From a virus, in the IMG/VR virus record IMGVR_UViG_3300037608_000032, positions 1 to 64,000 of that record: 64,000 nt of DNA; one strand, given 5' to 3'. The notes under the pieces are model-generated. The model ran no database searches. It was given only the letters and a program-made list of their open reading frames with translations, and was not told where the DNA came from. A program made the position numbers and the translations under genes. Shown piece after piece: positions 27,297 through 36,120 of this stretch. Position 1 is the first letter of the stretch. Every line of letters starts with the position of its first letter.

Positions 27297-27569
27297 ATGA
27301 GAACCACAGAACGGGATAGAAATCTATTCGGCGCGGCGTTCCTCGATGACGTCATTGACGTCATTGAGTACATCGCCGACAACTTCGACCCGGGCGAAGT
27401 GTTCGAGCCGGAGACCCTCAAGGAGTGGGTCCGTGATACCTTTTCTCCTGACGAGGTCTTCGGCGGGCGCAAGGTGGATGATTGGGTCCGCGACAGCCGC
27501 AACCCCGATGACGTGTTTTCTACGTCTCAGCTTGAGGAATGGGCTGAGGCCGACGGCTACACGAAGTAG
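27297..27569 (+). CDS. small acidic protein with three ~19-aa repeats
   Basis: PGEVF..LKEWV / PDEVF..VDDWV / PDDVF..LEEWA. Confidence 0.75.
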   Translation: MRTTERDRNLFGAAFLDDVIDVIEYIADNFDPGEVFEPETLKEWVRDTFSPDEVFGGRKVDDWVRDSRNPDDVFSTSQLEEWAEADGYTK

Positions 27570-27615
27570 CTTGCAGGCGTTACCACTTATTCCACCTTCG
27601 ACTCTGGAGGCCTTC

Positions 27616-28242
27616 ATGGGCCAGGCACGATGGGATCTCCTGAACGCCCTTGCTTACCAGCTTGGAGCGGTCCGCTACCTCGAAATAGGCGTCCAGTCTG
27701 GCAACTGCTTCTCACGAGTGGAGTGCCCCGAGAAGATCGGGGTTGACCCAGCGGGCGGGTGCGCGACCGTCAGGGCTACGTCAGACGCCTACTTCAAGAG
27801 CTTGCCTCCGGGGTTCACCTTCGATCTCGTCTTCGTGGACGGGCTCCATCACCGGGAGCAGGTCTGCCGAGACATCGTCAATGCCTGGGAGCACCTGACG
27901 CCGGGCGGGGCCATCCTGGTTCACGACTGCGACCCGCCGACGGAGCATTCTGGTAGGCGGGGCCTGTGCGGGGGCATCTGGTGCGGGGACGTGTGGCGCG
28001 GGTGGATGGACGCGAGACACCAACTCGGGCCCGAAGCCTGGATGGGCGTTGTCGAGACGGACCTCGGATGCGGGCTCGTCTTGCCCGGTGGTGCCGTCAG
28101 GTCGTCGCCGGTGCCGTGGTCCAAGGAAGAAACCGACCGGGCCGGGTGGGATTTCTTCGTGGCGCATCGCCGGGAGTGGCTGAACCTCGTCTCGGTGGAT
28201 GAATTCAGATGGCTCGTGTCGAGACTCGCGAGGATTCGCTGA
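27616..28242 (+). CDS. class I SAM-dependent methyltransferase (Methyltransf_24-like)
   Basis: YLEIGVQSG, FDLVFVDGLH, GGAILVHD. Confidence 0.88.
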   Translation: MGQARWDLLNALAYQLGAVRYLEIGVQSGNCFSRVECPEKIGVDPAGGCATVRATSDAYFKSLPPGFTFDLVFVDGLHHREQVCRDIVNAWEHLTPGGAILVHDCDPPTEHSGRRGLCGGIWCGDVWRGWMDARHQLGPEAWMGVVETDLGCGLVLPGGAVRSSPVPWSKEETDRAGWDFFVAHRREWLNLVSVDEFRWLVSRLARIR

Positions 28243-28769
28243 TGCATGTCGAGATCCTGGACTTTCTACGTCGTGCCCGCGACGAAGCCGAAGTACCAGC
28301 GTCCCTCGCGGGTCTGTCGGTTGTCGAGTTCGGGAGCTACATCATCAACGGCTCACCGCGAGAAGTCTTTACAGGTGCGGGGACTTATATAGGGGTGGAC
28401 TGGCGGGCCGGGCCAGGGGTGGACGTGGTCTCGCTGGCTCACGACGTCGCGGTTGACAGGGCGGACATCGTCCTGTGCTGCCAGGTCTTCGAGCATGATC
28501 CGCACTGGGAGCGGACCGTCAGGAAGGCGTGCGAGATGATACGAGCGGGAGGCTGGCTGTTCTTCACATGGGCCGGGCCTGGGTATCAGGAACACGAGTT
28601 GGCGACGGCCCCGTCTGTCGATGGGGGGAGTCGATACTACCGGAACCTGCCCACGGAGGACGTGGTGGAAGGGGTCCTCAAGGTTCTACCCGACGCCTTG
28701 GTCGTCGCGGGATACCAACGGGGCACGCTGGATGCGTGCTTGTGGGCGTGGTGGCGGCCGGAGTTCTGA
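28242..28769 (+). CDS. class I SAM-dependent methyltransferase
   Basis: VVEFGS..NGS, YIGVD..GPGVDVV, DIVLCCQVFEH. Confidence 0.85.
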   Translation: MHVEILDFLRRARDEAEVPASLAGLSVVEFGSYIINGSPREVFTGAGTYIGVDWRAGPGVDVVSLAHDVAVDRADIVLCCQVFEHDPHWERTVRKACEMIRAGGWLFFTWAGPGYQEHELATAPSVDGGSRYYRNLPTEDVVEGVLKVLPDALVVAGYQRGTLDACLWAWWRPEF

Positions 28770-28818
28770 TCTCTCCGGTGATGTCCCGTTATACTGGCGG
28801 ATGAAAGGAGGGTGTTGA

Positions 28819-29421
28819 ATGCCCCGTGCGAAGAAGAAGACCGACCCCGTCAAGGAAGCCCTTGCTCAAGCCGCGCCTGTTTGGCGGCTGGCGAAGATTG
28901 CCGAGCTACATCAGGACCCGACGAACGCCAGGAAGCACGGGGACAGGAACCGTGAAGTAGTCCGGGCTTCATTGGAGACCTTCGGGCAGGTCGAGAACCT
29001 CGTAGTCGAGCGGGGCACCGGAAAGGTGCTCGGTGGCAACTGCCGGCTTGACGAGTTGATCGCCCTCGGCCGTGACGAGGTGATGATCGCCGAAGTGGAT
29101 GTTCACGGACCGGCGGCGACGAAGCTGGCACTGGTCCTGAATCGGTCTGCGGAGCTGGCCGAGTGGGACCCCGTTGGGCTGGCCGACGTGGTGCGGGAGC
29201 TTCAAGGGAGCTTCGACGGGTTGGCGGACATCGGGTGGGATCCGAAGGAGCTTGAGAAGATCGTCGGCAGGCAGGAGGCCCCGATAGTCACTGGGAACGC
29301 TCCGGTAACGGACCTTGAGCAGCGGTTCGACATCGTCGTGGAGTGCGGCGATTACAAGGAGCAGGAGGCTCTACTGGCTCGACTACTGACGGAAGGTGTG
29401 AAATGCCGACCGATCATGTAG
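28819..29421 (+). CDS. ParB-like protein (phage DNA-modification-associated type)
   Basis: DPTNARKH, SLETFGQ, LGGNCR, LNRSAELAEWD; C-terminal IVVEC..EQEALL..L..EG.KC. Confidence 0.85.
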   Translation: MPRAKKKTDPVKEALAQAAPVWRLAKIAELHQDPTNARKHGDRNREVVRASLETFGQVENLVVERGTGKVLGGNCRLDELIALGRDEVMIAEVDVHGPAATKLALVLNRSAELAEWDPVGLADVVRELQGSFDGLADIGWDPKELEKIVGRQEAPIVTGNAPVTDLEQRFDIVVECGDYKEQEALLARLLTEGVKCRPIM

Positions 29422-30491
29422 TCCTTGAAGTGCAGGTGGAGAGAACGCCCCGCGTGCTCCGGGTTGAATCCATGTTCGACGTTCCGGCTTCGGAGAAGTC
29501 CCGACTTGAACTCGACATCGGGATGCCGATTGAAGATCGGCCGTGGTCGGTTGGGCTGATCGTCGGGCCGTCAGGTGCGGGAAAGTCCACTGTAGGTGCA
29601 AGGATCTTTCAGCGACCGGTCAGTCTGGAGTGGTCAGGCTCGAAGGCGTTGGTGGATTCCTTCGACCAGCGGTTCACGATCCAGGACATCGCTGAAGCGC
29701 TCGCGTCGGTTGGCCTGTCTTCGATCCCTTCCTGGTTGCGGCCTTTCCGGGTGCTTTCGACGGGTGAGCAGTTCCGAGCCATGATGGCGCGGACGATTCT
29801 GGAGACCGATGGCCTGGTAGTCGTGGACGAGTTCACGTCGGTTGTTGACCGGCAAGTCGCACAGGTGGCGAGTCATGCCGTGCAGAAGTACGTTCGTAAA
29901 ACCGGGCGGCAGTTCGTGGCTATCGGGTGTCACTACGACGTGATCGACTGGCTCCAACCAGACTGGATCTACGAGCCCCATGTGAATCGCTTCAACTGGA
30001 GGTCACTTCAACGACACCCAGAATTGCAGCTCGAAATCCATAAAGTTCACGGGTCCGACTACTGGCCCTTGTTTGGGCGTTATCACTATATGAGCGGCGA
30101 ATTGCACAAGGCCGCCCGGTGTTTCGTGTTGACCCTGGACGGTCAACCTGTGGCGTTCAACGCCTACATGCACCAGGCCCATGCCCAGACGAAGAACATA
30201 AAGTTCGGGCATCGGTTGGTAGTGCTGCCCGATTATCAAGGGCTTGGCATTGGACCAAGGTTTGATGAGTGGCTGGGAGAATACCTGTATGCACGCGGGT
30301 TTCGATATCACAATCACACAGCTAATCCGGCCATGATTAGATATTATTCAAAGTCCGTCCGGTGGCGGGCATTGAATCAAACACTGGGAATAACCGGGAC
30401 AAGTGCCAACAAATCGTTGAAAATAAAAGCAAAGCTAATTCGTAGGCTGTCTCTTCGTTCGTTCGCATATTCGCCGAAGGTAACACAATGA
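29403..30491 (+). CDS. ABC ATPase-GNAT acyltransferase fusion
   Basis: GPSGAGKS, LSTGE, VVDEF, CHYD; then YHYM and RLVVLPDYQGLGIG (acyl-CoA motif A). Confidence 0.92.
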   Translation: MPTDHVVLEVQVERTPRVLRVESMFDVPASEKSRLELDIGMPIEDRPWSVGLIVGPSGAGKSTVGARIFQRPVSLEWSGSKALVDSFDQRFTIQDIAEALASVGLSSIPSWLRPFRVLSTGEQFRAMMARTILETDGLVVVDEFTSVVDRQVAQVASHAVQKYVRKTGRQFVAIGCHYDVIDWLQPDWIYEPHVNRFNWRSLQRHPELQLEIHKVHGSDYWPLFGRYHYMSGELHKAARCFVLTLDGQPVAFNAYMHQAHAQTKNIKFGHRLVVLPDYQGLGIGPRFDEWLGEYLYARGFRYHNHTANPAMIRYYSKSVRWRALNQTLGITGTSANKSLKIKAKLIRRLSLRSFAYSPKVTQ

Positions 30492-30835
30492 AAACCTTTG
30501 TATCAGGCAAGGTCCACGATGTCAGAGTCACCGACAAGCATATTCGATATGTCGGGTCCATCTCGCTATCCAGAAACCTGATTGCAGCGGCGGGCATGGA
30601 GCCCTACGAGCAGGTCCATGTCATCAACCTCAACAACGGCAACCGGTGGGTGACGTATATCCTGCCCGTGGACGAAGACGGCGTGTTCACCTTGAACGGC
30701 GGCGGGGCTCGCCTCGGTGAAATCGGGGATGTCTGCGTGCTGATTACCTATGCCGCGTCCGAGCACTTCGACGGAGCGAAGGTGGTGTTCTGCACGGCGA
30801 AGAACGAGATCGACCATGAAACCACCTATCCTTGA
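30488..30835 (+). CDS. panD: aspartate 1-decarboxylase (pyruvoyl-dependent)
   Basis: GKVH, YVG/SI self-cleavage site, NNGNRWVTY, LNGGGAR, GD. Confidence 0.92.
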   Translation: MKTFVSGKVHDVRVTDKHIRYVGSISLSRNLIAAAGMEPYEQVHVINLNNGNRWVTYILPVDEDGVFTLNGGGARLGEIGDVCVLITYAASEHFDGAKVVFCTAKNEIDHETTYP

Positions 30836-31511
30836 GATTGGCCGCTATCTGGTACCCGCCTATGCCGGGATGGTGCTCGCGGAGCAGGGTTTCCAGGTAG
30901 AAAAGTGGTTGTACCTGCAAGACCCTATTCAGGGGCTTCTTCACGGAGACGAGCTTTGGCGGTGGGTCAACGCGGGGAAGGTGCTCGTCAACCACGTAGC
31001 GGACGAAGTGCTAAACCTGTCGGTAGGAGCCTTCTCCGGCGTTGTCGAGAATCTCTCGGAGTCGTGGTGGTTGGCGCATGGCGTGGACCCTGATGAACAG
31101 GCGCGACGGCTTGACGTGCCCTGGGTCTCGTTTCGGCCACAAGTAGGTGAGCGGTCCTTCGACGTTATCGCTCAGGCGCAGGCGTGGGCCGGTGTAGCTC
31201 CCTGGGTGCCTTTCTACATTGGAGACACCTTGGGGGGCCTGTGGGTCGCCTACAAGCTCGTGTCCATGCTGGCGCTCGGGAAGACAGGCCGCGTGGTCAT
31301 CCGTCATGCCGATTGCTTGGCGAAGATGGTGGAAGGGGAGTTGACCCTTCCGAGGCCGTCGGGTCCAGTGCCATGGGATATCGAGGTCTATCGACTCGGG
31401 GAGCAAGGGGCCGAAGTCGAGTATCGGGGTAACATCGTAAAGGAGCCTCTACGGGATGACGCTTGGCGTCGGGAGCACCTGACAACAGTCAGCGGGCGGA
31501 TTGTCGTCTGA
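30816..31511 (+). CDS. minimal family III (CaiB/BaiF) CoA-transferase
   Basis: ILEIGRYLVPAYAGMVLAEQG..V.K, DP, NAGK, VVEN, FDVIAQA, catalytic IGD..GGL; only about 230 aa. Confidence 0.85.
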   Translation: MKPPILEIGRYLVPAYAGMVLAEQGFQVEKWLYLQDPIQGLLHGDELWRWVNAGKVLVNHVADEVLNLSVGAFSGVVENLSESWWLAHGVDPDEQARRLDVPWVSFRPQVGERSFDVIAQAQAWAGVAPWVPFYIGDTLGGLWVAYKLVSMLALGKTGRVVIRHADCLAKMVEGELTLPRPSGPVPWDIEVYRLGEQGAEVEYRGNIVKEPLRDDAWRREHLTTVSGRIVV

Positions 31512-32748
31512 CGCTTTCGTTCTGGGCGATCATGGTGCCCAGGGGGCCGGTCTCTTCCTCGATACGTGCTCGGAGTTCTGGTGAGATCCGCCAGAGCGAC
31601 AACTTGCCCGCACATGCAACGGGCTTCTTGAGTGCCACGGCGTAGGTAACGGGAAGACATACGGGACCTTCTGCCCACTCGCGATCCGTCGTAACTTGTT
31701 CAACGGGGACGCCTTCGCCGAGAATAACAACACCGATGATAGCGGACGTGGGTAGTAAGCCTATGCCGTCGGTGAGCTTCGGGTCGGCGTCTACGTCGAA
31801 AGACGCGGACGCATGGATGAAGACCCAGCGCGAGCCCTTGATGCCGAGTCCTGTGGATCGATTCTCCCAGGTCTTGCGACCCGAGACGAGCAACGAAGCC
31901 CAGGGCTGCTTGACAGACAGGGCACGAAGGTCTCCAGCCCATCCGTCGTCCGCCTCGGTGGGCATGTCCAACCCAACGACGGCCTTGATGGACTCCTTCC
32001 ACTTCACGAGGGGGTCGTCACGGAGGCGCAAGTACAGCGCCTTCACCCGGTCGTCAGACTGCGAGGCTTCCAGGCGACGGAGGCCCTCAAGGTGGGTGGC
32101 GTCGGCGAAGCCGTTGTGCTTCAGCCGTGCTGCACCCTGGTTCAGTTTCCCGATCCAGATCGAATCGGTCACGAAGGGGGACAAGATGCTTACAAGTGCG
32201 AGCACCTTTTCCTCTTGGACTTCGAGCAACGGCTCGCAGGACACCGATGTCCTGAATCCCTGGGAGTAGGCGTATTCGAGGGCCATCAAGCGCTCCTCGA
32301 AGCTGGGAGCGCCGGGCTCCCACCACTTGAGGATGACCGACGAAGACGACCCGATCGTGAAGCGGAACATGATTTTGGACTTGTACTGGGCAAGCTCGGT
32401 GCAGACCCGAGCTATCACGTCAAGGTGGGGCTTGGAGACTACCAGGACTTCGTTCCCGGCCTCAAGGAGGTTCTTCAACCCCTGGATAGTCCAGTTGGCC
32501 AGCGCCGGGGAGATATCGTGGGTGGTGGGATACATGACCGTGCCCTGGTAGCGGCGCTTTGTTTTTGCCATTCCCGGGGTGCTTGGATGTTCGTTGGACC
32601 ACTGACCGGGCTCACATCGCCGGAAGCGGTAGGCCATGGCTGATCCATAGCAATAGCAACAAGAATTTGAGCAGCCCCGCACGGTATTTACCGAGTTTGA
32701 GGCCCATTCTCTGGTTCCGGAAACAGCGATAGGTCTGGTTTCTTCCAT
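31489..32748 (-). CDS. radical SAM (SPL/DUF5131-like)-ASCH fusion
   Basis: GCSNSCCYCY, WEPGAPSFEERL, SCEPLL; C-terminal RALSVKQPWA..GRKTWENR..IHAS. Confidence 0.85.
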   Translation of the reverse strand: MEETRPIAVSGTREWASNSVNTVRGCSNSCCYCYGSAMAYRFRRCEPGQWSNEHPSTPGMAKTKRRYQGTVMYPTTHDISPALANWTIQGLKNLLEAGNEVLVVSKPHLDVIARVCTELAQYKSKIMFRFTIGSSSSVILKWWEPGAPSFEERLMALEYAYSQGFRTSVSCEPLLEVQEEKVLALVSILSPFVTDSIWIGKLNQGAARLKHNGFADATHLEGLRRLEASQSDDRVKALYLRLRDDPLVKWKESIKAVVGLDMPTEADDGWAGDLRALSVKQPWASLLVSGRKTWENRSTGLGIKGSRWVFIHASASFDVDADPKLTDGIGLLPTSAIIGVVILGEGVPVEQVTTDREWAEGPVCLPVTYAVALKKPVACAGKLSLWRISPELRARIEEETGPLGTMIAQNESVRRQSAR

Positions 32749-33290
32749 CCGCTTTTTCTTCCTTGTCCTACGTTATGACCGTTTATGTATTTTCGTGGTC
32801 TTTGATGCTCATCGTATTTTAGAAATGTAGATCCGCATCCACAGGCGCACGGAACGATCTCGTTGATCTTGGACTTCTTTCCTTTTCTCCAATGGCCGCC
32901 GTCGATGTACTTTCGTAGTCTTCCGGACTCATCGAACTTAAAAAAAGTAGCTCCGCAGCCACAAGCACATGAGACGAGTTCGTTAGGTTCGTCTGGAAGT
33001 TGACGCACCTTGCCGCTGTGTCGATGGTGAACCTTGTGCGCCCATATGCTGCTGACAATCTCGATGTTCTCTGGCCGGTTATCCGTTCGGTCTTCGTTCT
33101 TGTGATGCACAAGTTCGGTGGGGAGAATCTTTCTACCAAGGATCTGCTCTGCAACGATTCTGTGCTCGTAGGCGTACCCGTTGATGTGGGCGAGGTGATG
33201 GCCGTCTTCGACTTTGACCAGCACGTATCCGTTGCTTCCGACAAGACGTCCGCCTTTCCAGTTCGGGTTCTTCTCTCTTTTGAGGCCCAT
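32688..33290 (-). CDS. HNH endonuclease
   Basis: NPNWKGG, YEHRIVAE..VHHKNEDRTDNRPENI; two CACGCG repeats; AT-rich. Confidence 0.88.
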   Translation of the reverse strand: MGLKREKNPNWKGGRLVGSNGYVLVKVEDGHHLAHINGYAYEHRIVAEQILGRKILPTELVHHKNEDRTDNRPENIEIVSSIWAHKVHHRHSGKVRQLPDEPNELVSCACGCGATFFKFDESGRLRKYIDGGHWRKGKKSKINEIVPCACGCGSTFLKYDEHQRPRKYINGHNVGQGRKSGWKKPDLSLFPEPENGPQTR

Positions 33291-33366
33291 GGTTGACTCC
33301 TTGGTTGATGTGCATCTATGTGATAGCAGCATCTACCTATGGAATCAACAATAAAGTTGATGCGTG

Positions 33367-33564
33367 TTACTCGTTCCTCTTGAGTCTGACCTCAGCCAGA
33401 ATCTCGTCCGCCTCGACACGGGCCAGGCGCTTGGCCTCGCGCACCGTGTTGGCGACGTGGAAGATGGAGAGGGGCCAGAAGACCTGGCCGTCTTTAGACA
33501 TGGTGCCGGCCATCGCCATGGGGCGGCCGGTGGTGGTGCGTTCGACTTTGTAGACGTACTTCAT
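33367..33564 (-). CDS. hypothetical protein (65 aa)
   Basis: AAGGAG RBS. Confidence 0.7.
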   Translation of the reverse strand: MKYVYKVERTTTGRPMAMAGTMSKDGQVFWPLSIFHVANTVREAKRLARVEADEILAEVRLKRNE

Positions 33565-33643
33565 GGGGAAGCTCCTTGGAGGTTCGTTCCTACCGCGTTA
33601 CTCACCCGACATCGCCGGGTGAGCAGCTCGCTGGGGACGACTA

Positions 33644-34123
33644 CTAGTCTTTGTCTTCCTTGATGGCTTCGACTTCGTCGGCGTACTTGCCCTCGATGTA
33701 CTCGACCGACCTCAGGCCCTGCTCGCCGGTGTCGCGGCGCTGGGCCCAGGTATCAATGATGCGCTCGCAACCGCAGTGCAGGCACACTTCGTGGATGTGG
33801 ACCCCCCCCCCGGAGCCAAAGACCCCGGGGTTCTCTTCGCACCCGCCGACGATGTCGACGGGGGACTGCCAGTCGTGGTCTTCGTCGTCGGTGCAGTCGG
33901 GCTCTTCGGGGTCGGTCGTGACGACTACCGTGTCGACGACAACGTCTTCGTAGCCGTCTTCCGCTTCGATGATCTGGACGTCGGTCCAGGTGGTCTCGGT
34001 GCTGGTCTCCCATTTGGATGCGTCACCCTCTTCGAGGGCGGCCTCCCTGGCGGCTTCGATGGTGGGGTAATCATCGCCAACTACCTCGCCGTCGATTCGA
34101 AGGGAGTAAGTGCACTGTGTCAT
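33644..34123 (-). CDS. acidic hypothetical protein
   Basis: AAGGA RBS; very acidic; C..HDW..CLHC; first gene after promoter. Confidence 0.8.
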   Translation of the reverse strand: MTQCTYSLRIDGEVVGDDYPTIEAAREAALEEGDASKWETSTETTWTDVQIIEAEDGYEDVVVDTVVVTTDPEEPDCTDDEDHDWQSPVDIVGGCEENPGVFGSGGGVHIHEVCLHCGCERIIDTWAQRRDTGEQGLRSVEYIEGKYADEVEAIKEDKD

Positions 34124-34152
34124 GTTGTCTTCCTTGCTGGGGTGGGGTGGAG

Positions 34153-34212
34153 GCATGAACAACAACCGCTGTTCATGCACTAACTATAACTCGATTCACG
34201 TTAGACTGTCAA
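34153..34212 (-). promoter_or_regulatory. early sigma70-type promoter with operator and 5' hairpin
   Basis: TTGACA-18-TATAGT; TAAC-gtgaatcga-GTTA; GCATGAACAGC-GGTT-GTTGTTCATGC hairpin. Confidence 0.85.
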
Positions 34213-35185
34213 CGGAATAACTCTTAGATACTTCTTTTTCCTTCGGGGATCGGACGGGCTTCTGGCTCGCCATCGCAGAGCACAGCGCCGTGGCCAGGGC
34301 GTGGGCGTTGAAGGCCCGGCGGGACTCGATACCAAGGAGCAGCTCGGCGGTGCGGACGTCACCAGACGCCATGGCGCGAACCAGGGACACGGACCAAGAC
34401 CCTTCCGGCGATGTCGGGTCAACCGGTGTGGGCTCGTTCACCGGGGGCTCGGGAGCGTTCACGGGGGCCGGGTTCTCGTTCACCGGGATCGGCTCGTTCA
34501 GTGAACCAGCGAGGGCCTCGTTCACGAGGTCTTCGGCCTGGACGCTCGCCAGGATGTCGAGGGCCTCCTCAAGCTCCGGGGGCATCGCCGGGGAGATGGT
34601 CTCCACGATGAGCGGGCGCACGATTTCGGGTGATGTCCTCACCAGTTCTTCGGTGTCCTCCCACCCAGCCGTCCAGTCTCGAGCTTGGTCCACGTCGTAC
34701 TCGCGGGGGACGTCTCGGGCAGGGACGCCTTGGGCGAAAGCTCCACGGCCTGTCATGTAGGCGGACGACCGAGCGCCGGTCTCGCGGGGGAGCTTTTCGG
34801 GCTCTCCGTGGGCCCTGCACGTCGGGACCTTGACGACCTTGGGCTCCGGGCCCTGGTCCTTGACCGTTTCGACCACGAAGCCGTCCTCTCGGTATTCGGC
34901 CGTCGTGACCTGGACGGGGCGGGGCTTCCTGGCGGGCCTGGGCGTGTCTGGTACTCCGAGCATCGCCGGGAGTCGGTGGGGCTTCCAGGTCTCGATGACC
35001 TCCTCGGGGACTTCGAGGACTGCGATACGAAGCCGGAGCTGGTCCACGCGAGCCTGTCGGGGGACCTTGGCGGATTCTTCCAGGGCCAGGGCTTGTTTGA
35101 GGGTGGGGACGTCAGAGACGCCCTTGATCAGCTCACGGGAGCCGATGGACAAGGGGAGGCGGAAGATTTCGCGCGCGGTGGGCAT
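34196..35185 (-). CDS. hypothetical protein with Rmf-like segment
   Basis: CAGGAG RBS; AYMTGRGAFAQG..P....ARDWTAGW. Confidence 0.75.
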   Translation of the reverse strand: MPTAREIFRLPLSIGSRELIKGVSDVPTLKQALALEESAKVPRQARVDQLRLRIAVLEVPEEVIETWKPHRLPAMLGVPDTPRPARKPRPVQVTTAEYREDGFVVETVKDQGPEPKVVKVPTCRAHGEPEKLPRETGARSSAYMTGRGAFAQGVPARDVPREYDVDQARDWTAGWEDTEELVRTSPEIVRPLIVETISPAMPPELEEALDILASVQAEDLVNEALAGSLNEPIPVNENPAPVNAPEPPVNEPTPVDPTSPEGSWSVSLVRAMASGDVRTAELLLGIESRRAFNAHALATALCSAMASQKPVRSPKEKEVSKSYSVDSLT

Positions 35186-35187
35186 GG

Positions 35188-35970
35188 TTACTCCTGATAC
35201 TCGGGTCGTCTCCAGAGACGGGAGACGTACTCGATGTCAGAGGACCTCGCTCCGGCAATAGTCGTTTCTCCGCAGCCCGTGGGATGTCCGAGGGCATCGT
35301 GAGCGCGGCTGTAGGTAGCCTCGTCTACCCACATCGAGTCGAGTCTGAGGACGGTCCTCTCGCGGAGGGTCAGTTTTCGCCAGCCCAGATCGCGGGCAAG
35401 GCGGTAGAGCGCGCGGGAGGCGGCCCGGTTGGCCTCGGAAAGCGTGGGGCAATTCTCGGGGAGCCACGTCCCGGAGTCGGCGAGAGCAGTGACCTCATCC
35501 ATCGGAAGCATGGCGTAGTACCTCCGCCAGTGCCACATTACGATCCGAGGGAGACAGTACCTGTCCAGATCGCTCCGGAGCCGAGCGTACTCGCCCTTCC
35601 ATCCACGCATCCCTGGACGGGAGATGGAGATGGAGATCGATGCGTCGGTCTCAGTGACCGCCACCTCGGCGTGAGCGAGATAGCGGGTCTCGCTCTGCTG
35701 CATGGCCCGGACCGTGATGCGGTCCCGCTCCGTGCCGTCGAAATGGCCGGCCTTTCGGACCACGCTGATCACAAGGTCGTGATCAGCCGGGAGATCTGAG
35801 CCCCGATCATCGATAAGCACGTCCACAAGCTTACCGGGTACGCCCCGGAGGACGTAGCGTCGGCAGCGGCAGCTCTTCGAGAGCCAGACGCGGTCCTCGG
35901 TCGGCTCCAAGGGGAGCACGGGGAGTGCGCCCACTGTGGACGTGAGGATGTTCTTTGGGCGGATAGTCAT
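35188..35970 (-). CDS. hypothetical protein
   Basis: AAGGAG RBS; 260 aa. Confidence 0.75.
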   Translation of the reverse strand: MTIRPKNILTSTVGALPVLPLEPTEDRVWLSKSCRCRRYVLRGVPGKLVDVLIDDRGSDLPADHDLVISVVRKAGHFDGTERDRITVRAMQQSETRYLAHAEVAVTETDASISISISRPGMRGWKGEYARLRSDLDRYCLPRIVMWHWRRYYAMLPMDEVTALADSGTWLPENCPTLSEANRAASRALYRLARDLGWRKLTLRERTVLRLDSMWVDEATYSRAHDALGHPTGCGETTIAGARSSDIEYVSRLWRRPEYQE

Positions 35971-35995
35971 TGAAACTCCTTCTGGGTTCGGGCAT

Positions 35996-36043
35996 CAACA
36001 GGCAACTGCCTGTCATCAACATAGTAACATGAACCGGGTTAGT
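35996..36043 (-). promoter_or_regulatory. early promoter with operator and 5' hairpin
   Basis: -10 TACTAT; TAAC-ccggttcat-GTTA; ACAGGC-AGTT-GCCTGT hairpin; weak -35. Confidence 0.7.
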
Positions 36044-36120
36044 CGCGTGCAGGAACCAGCACCTATTTCAACATCGCCGGAGTGGTCAGGGCTACTACGA
36101 GGCACACCCTTGGAGGCACG

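Noticed and set aside
29403-30000. ABC ATPase as a membrane transporter
   Set aside because: No permease nearby and it is fused to a GNAT domain.
30488-30835. panD as a simple pantothenate auxiliary metabolic gene
   Set aside because: No panB or panC in the window and it is coupled to the GNAT and CoA-transferase genes; disfavoured, not excluded.
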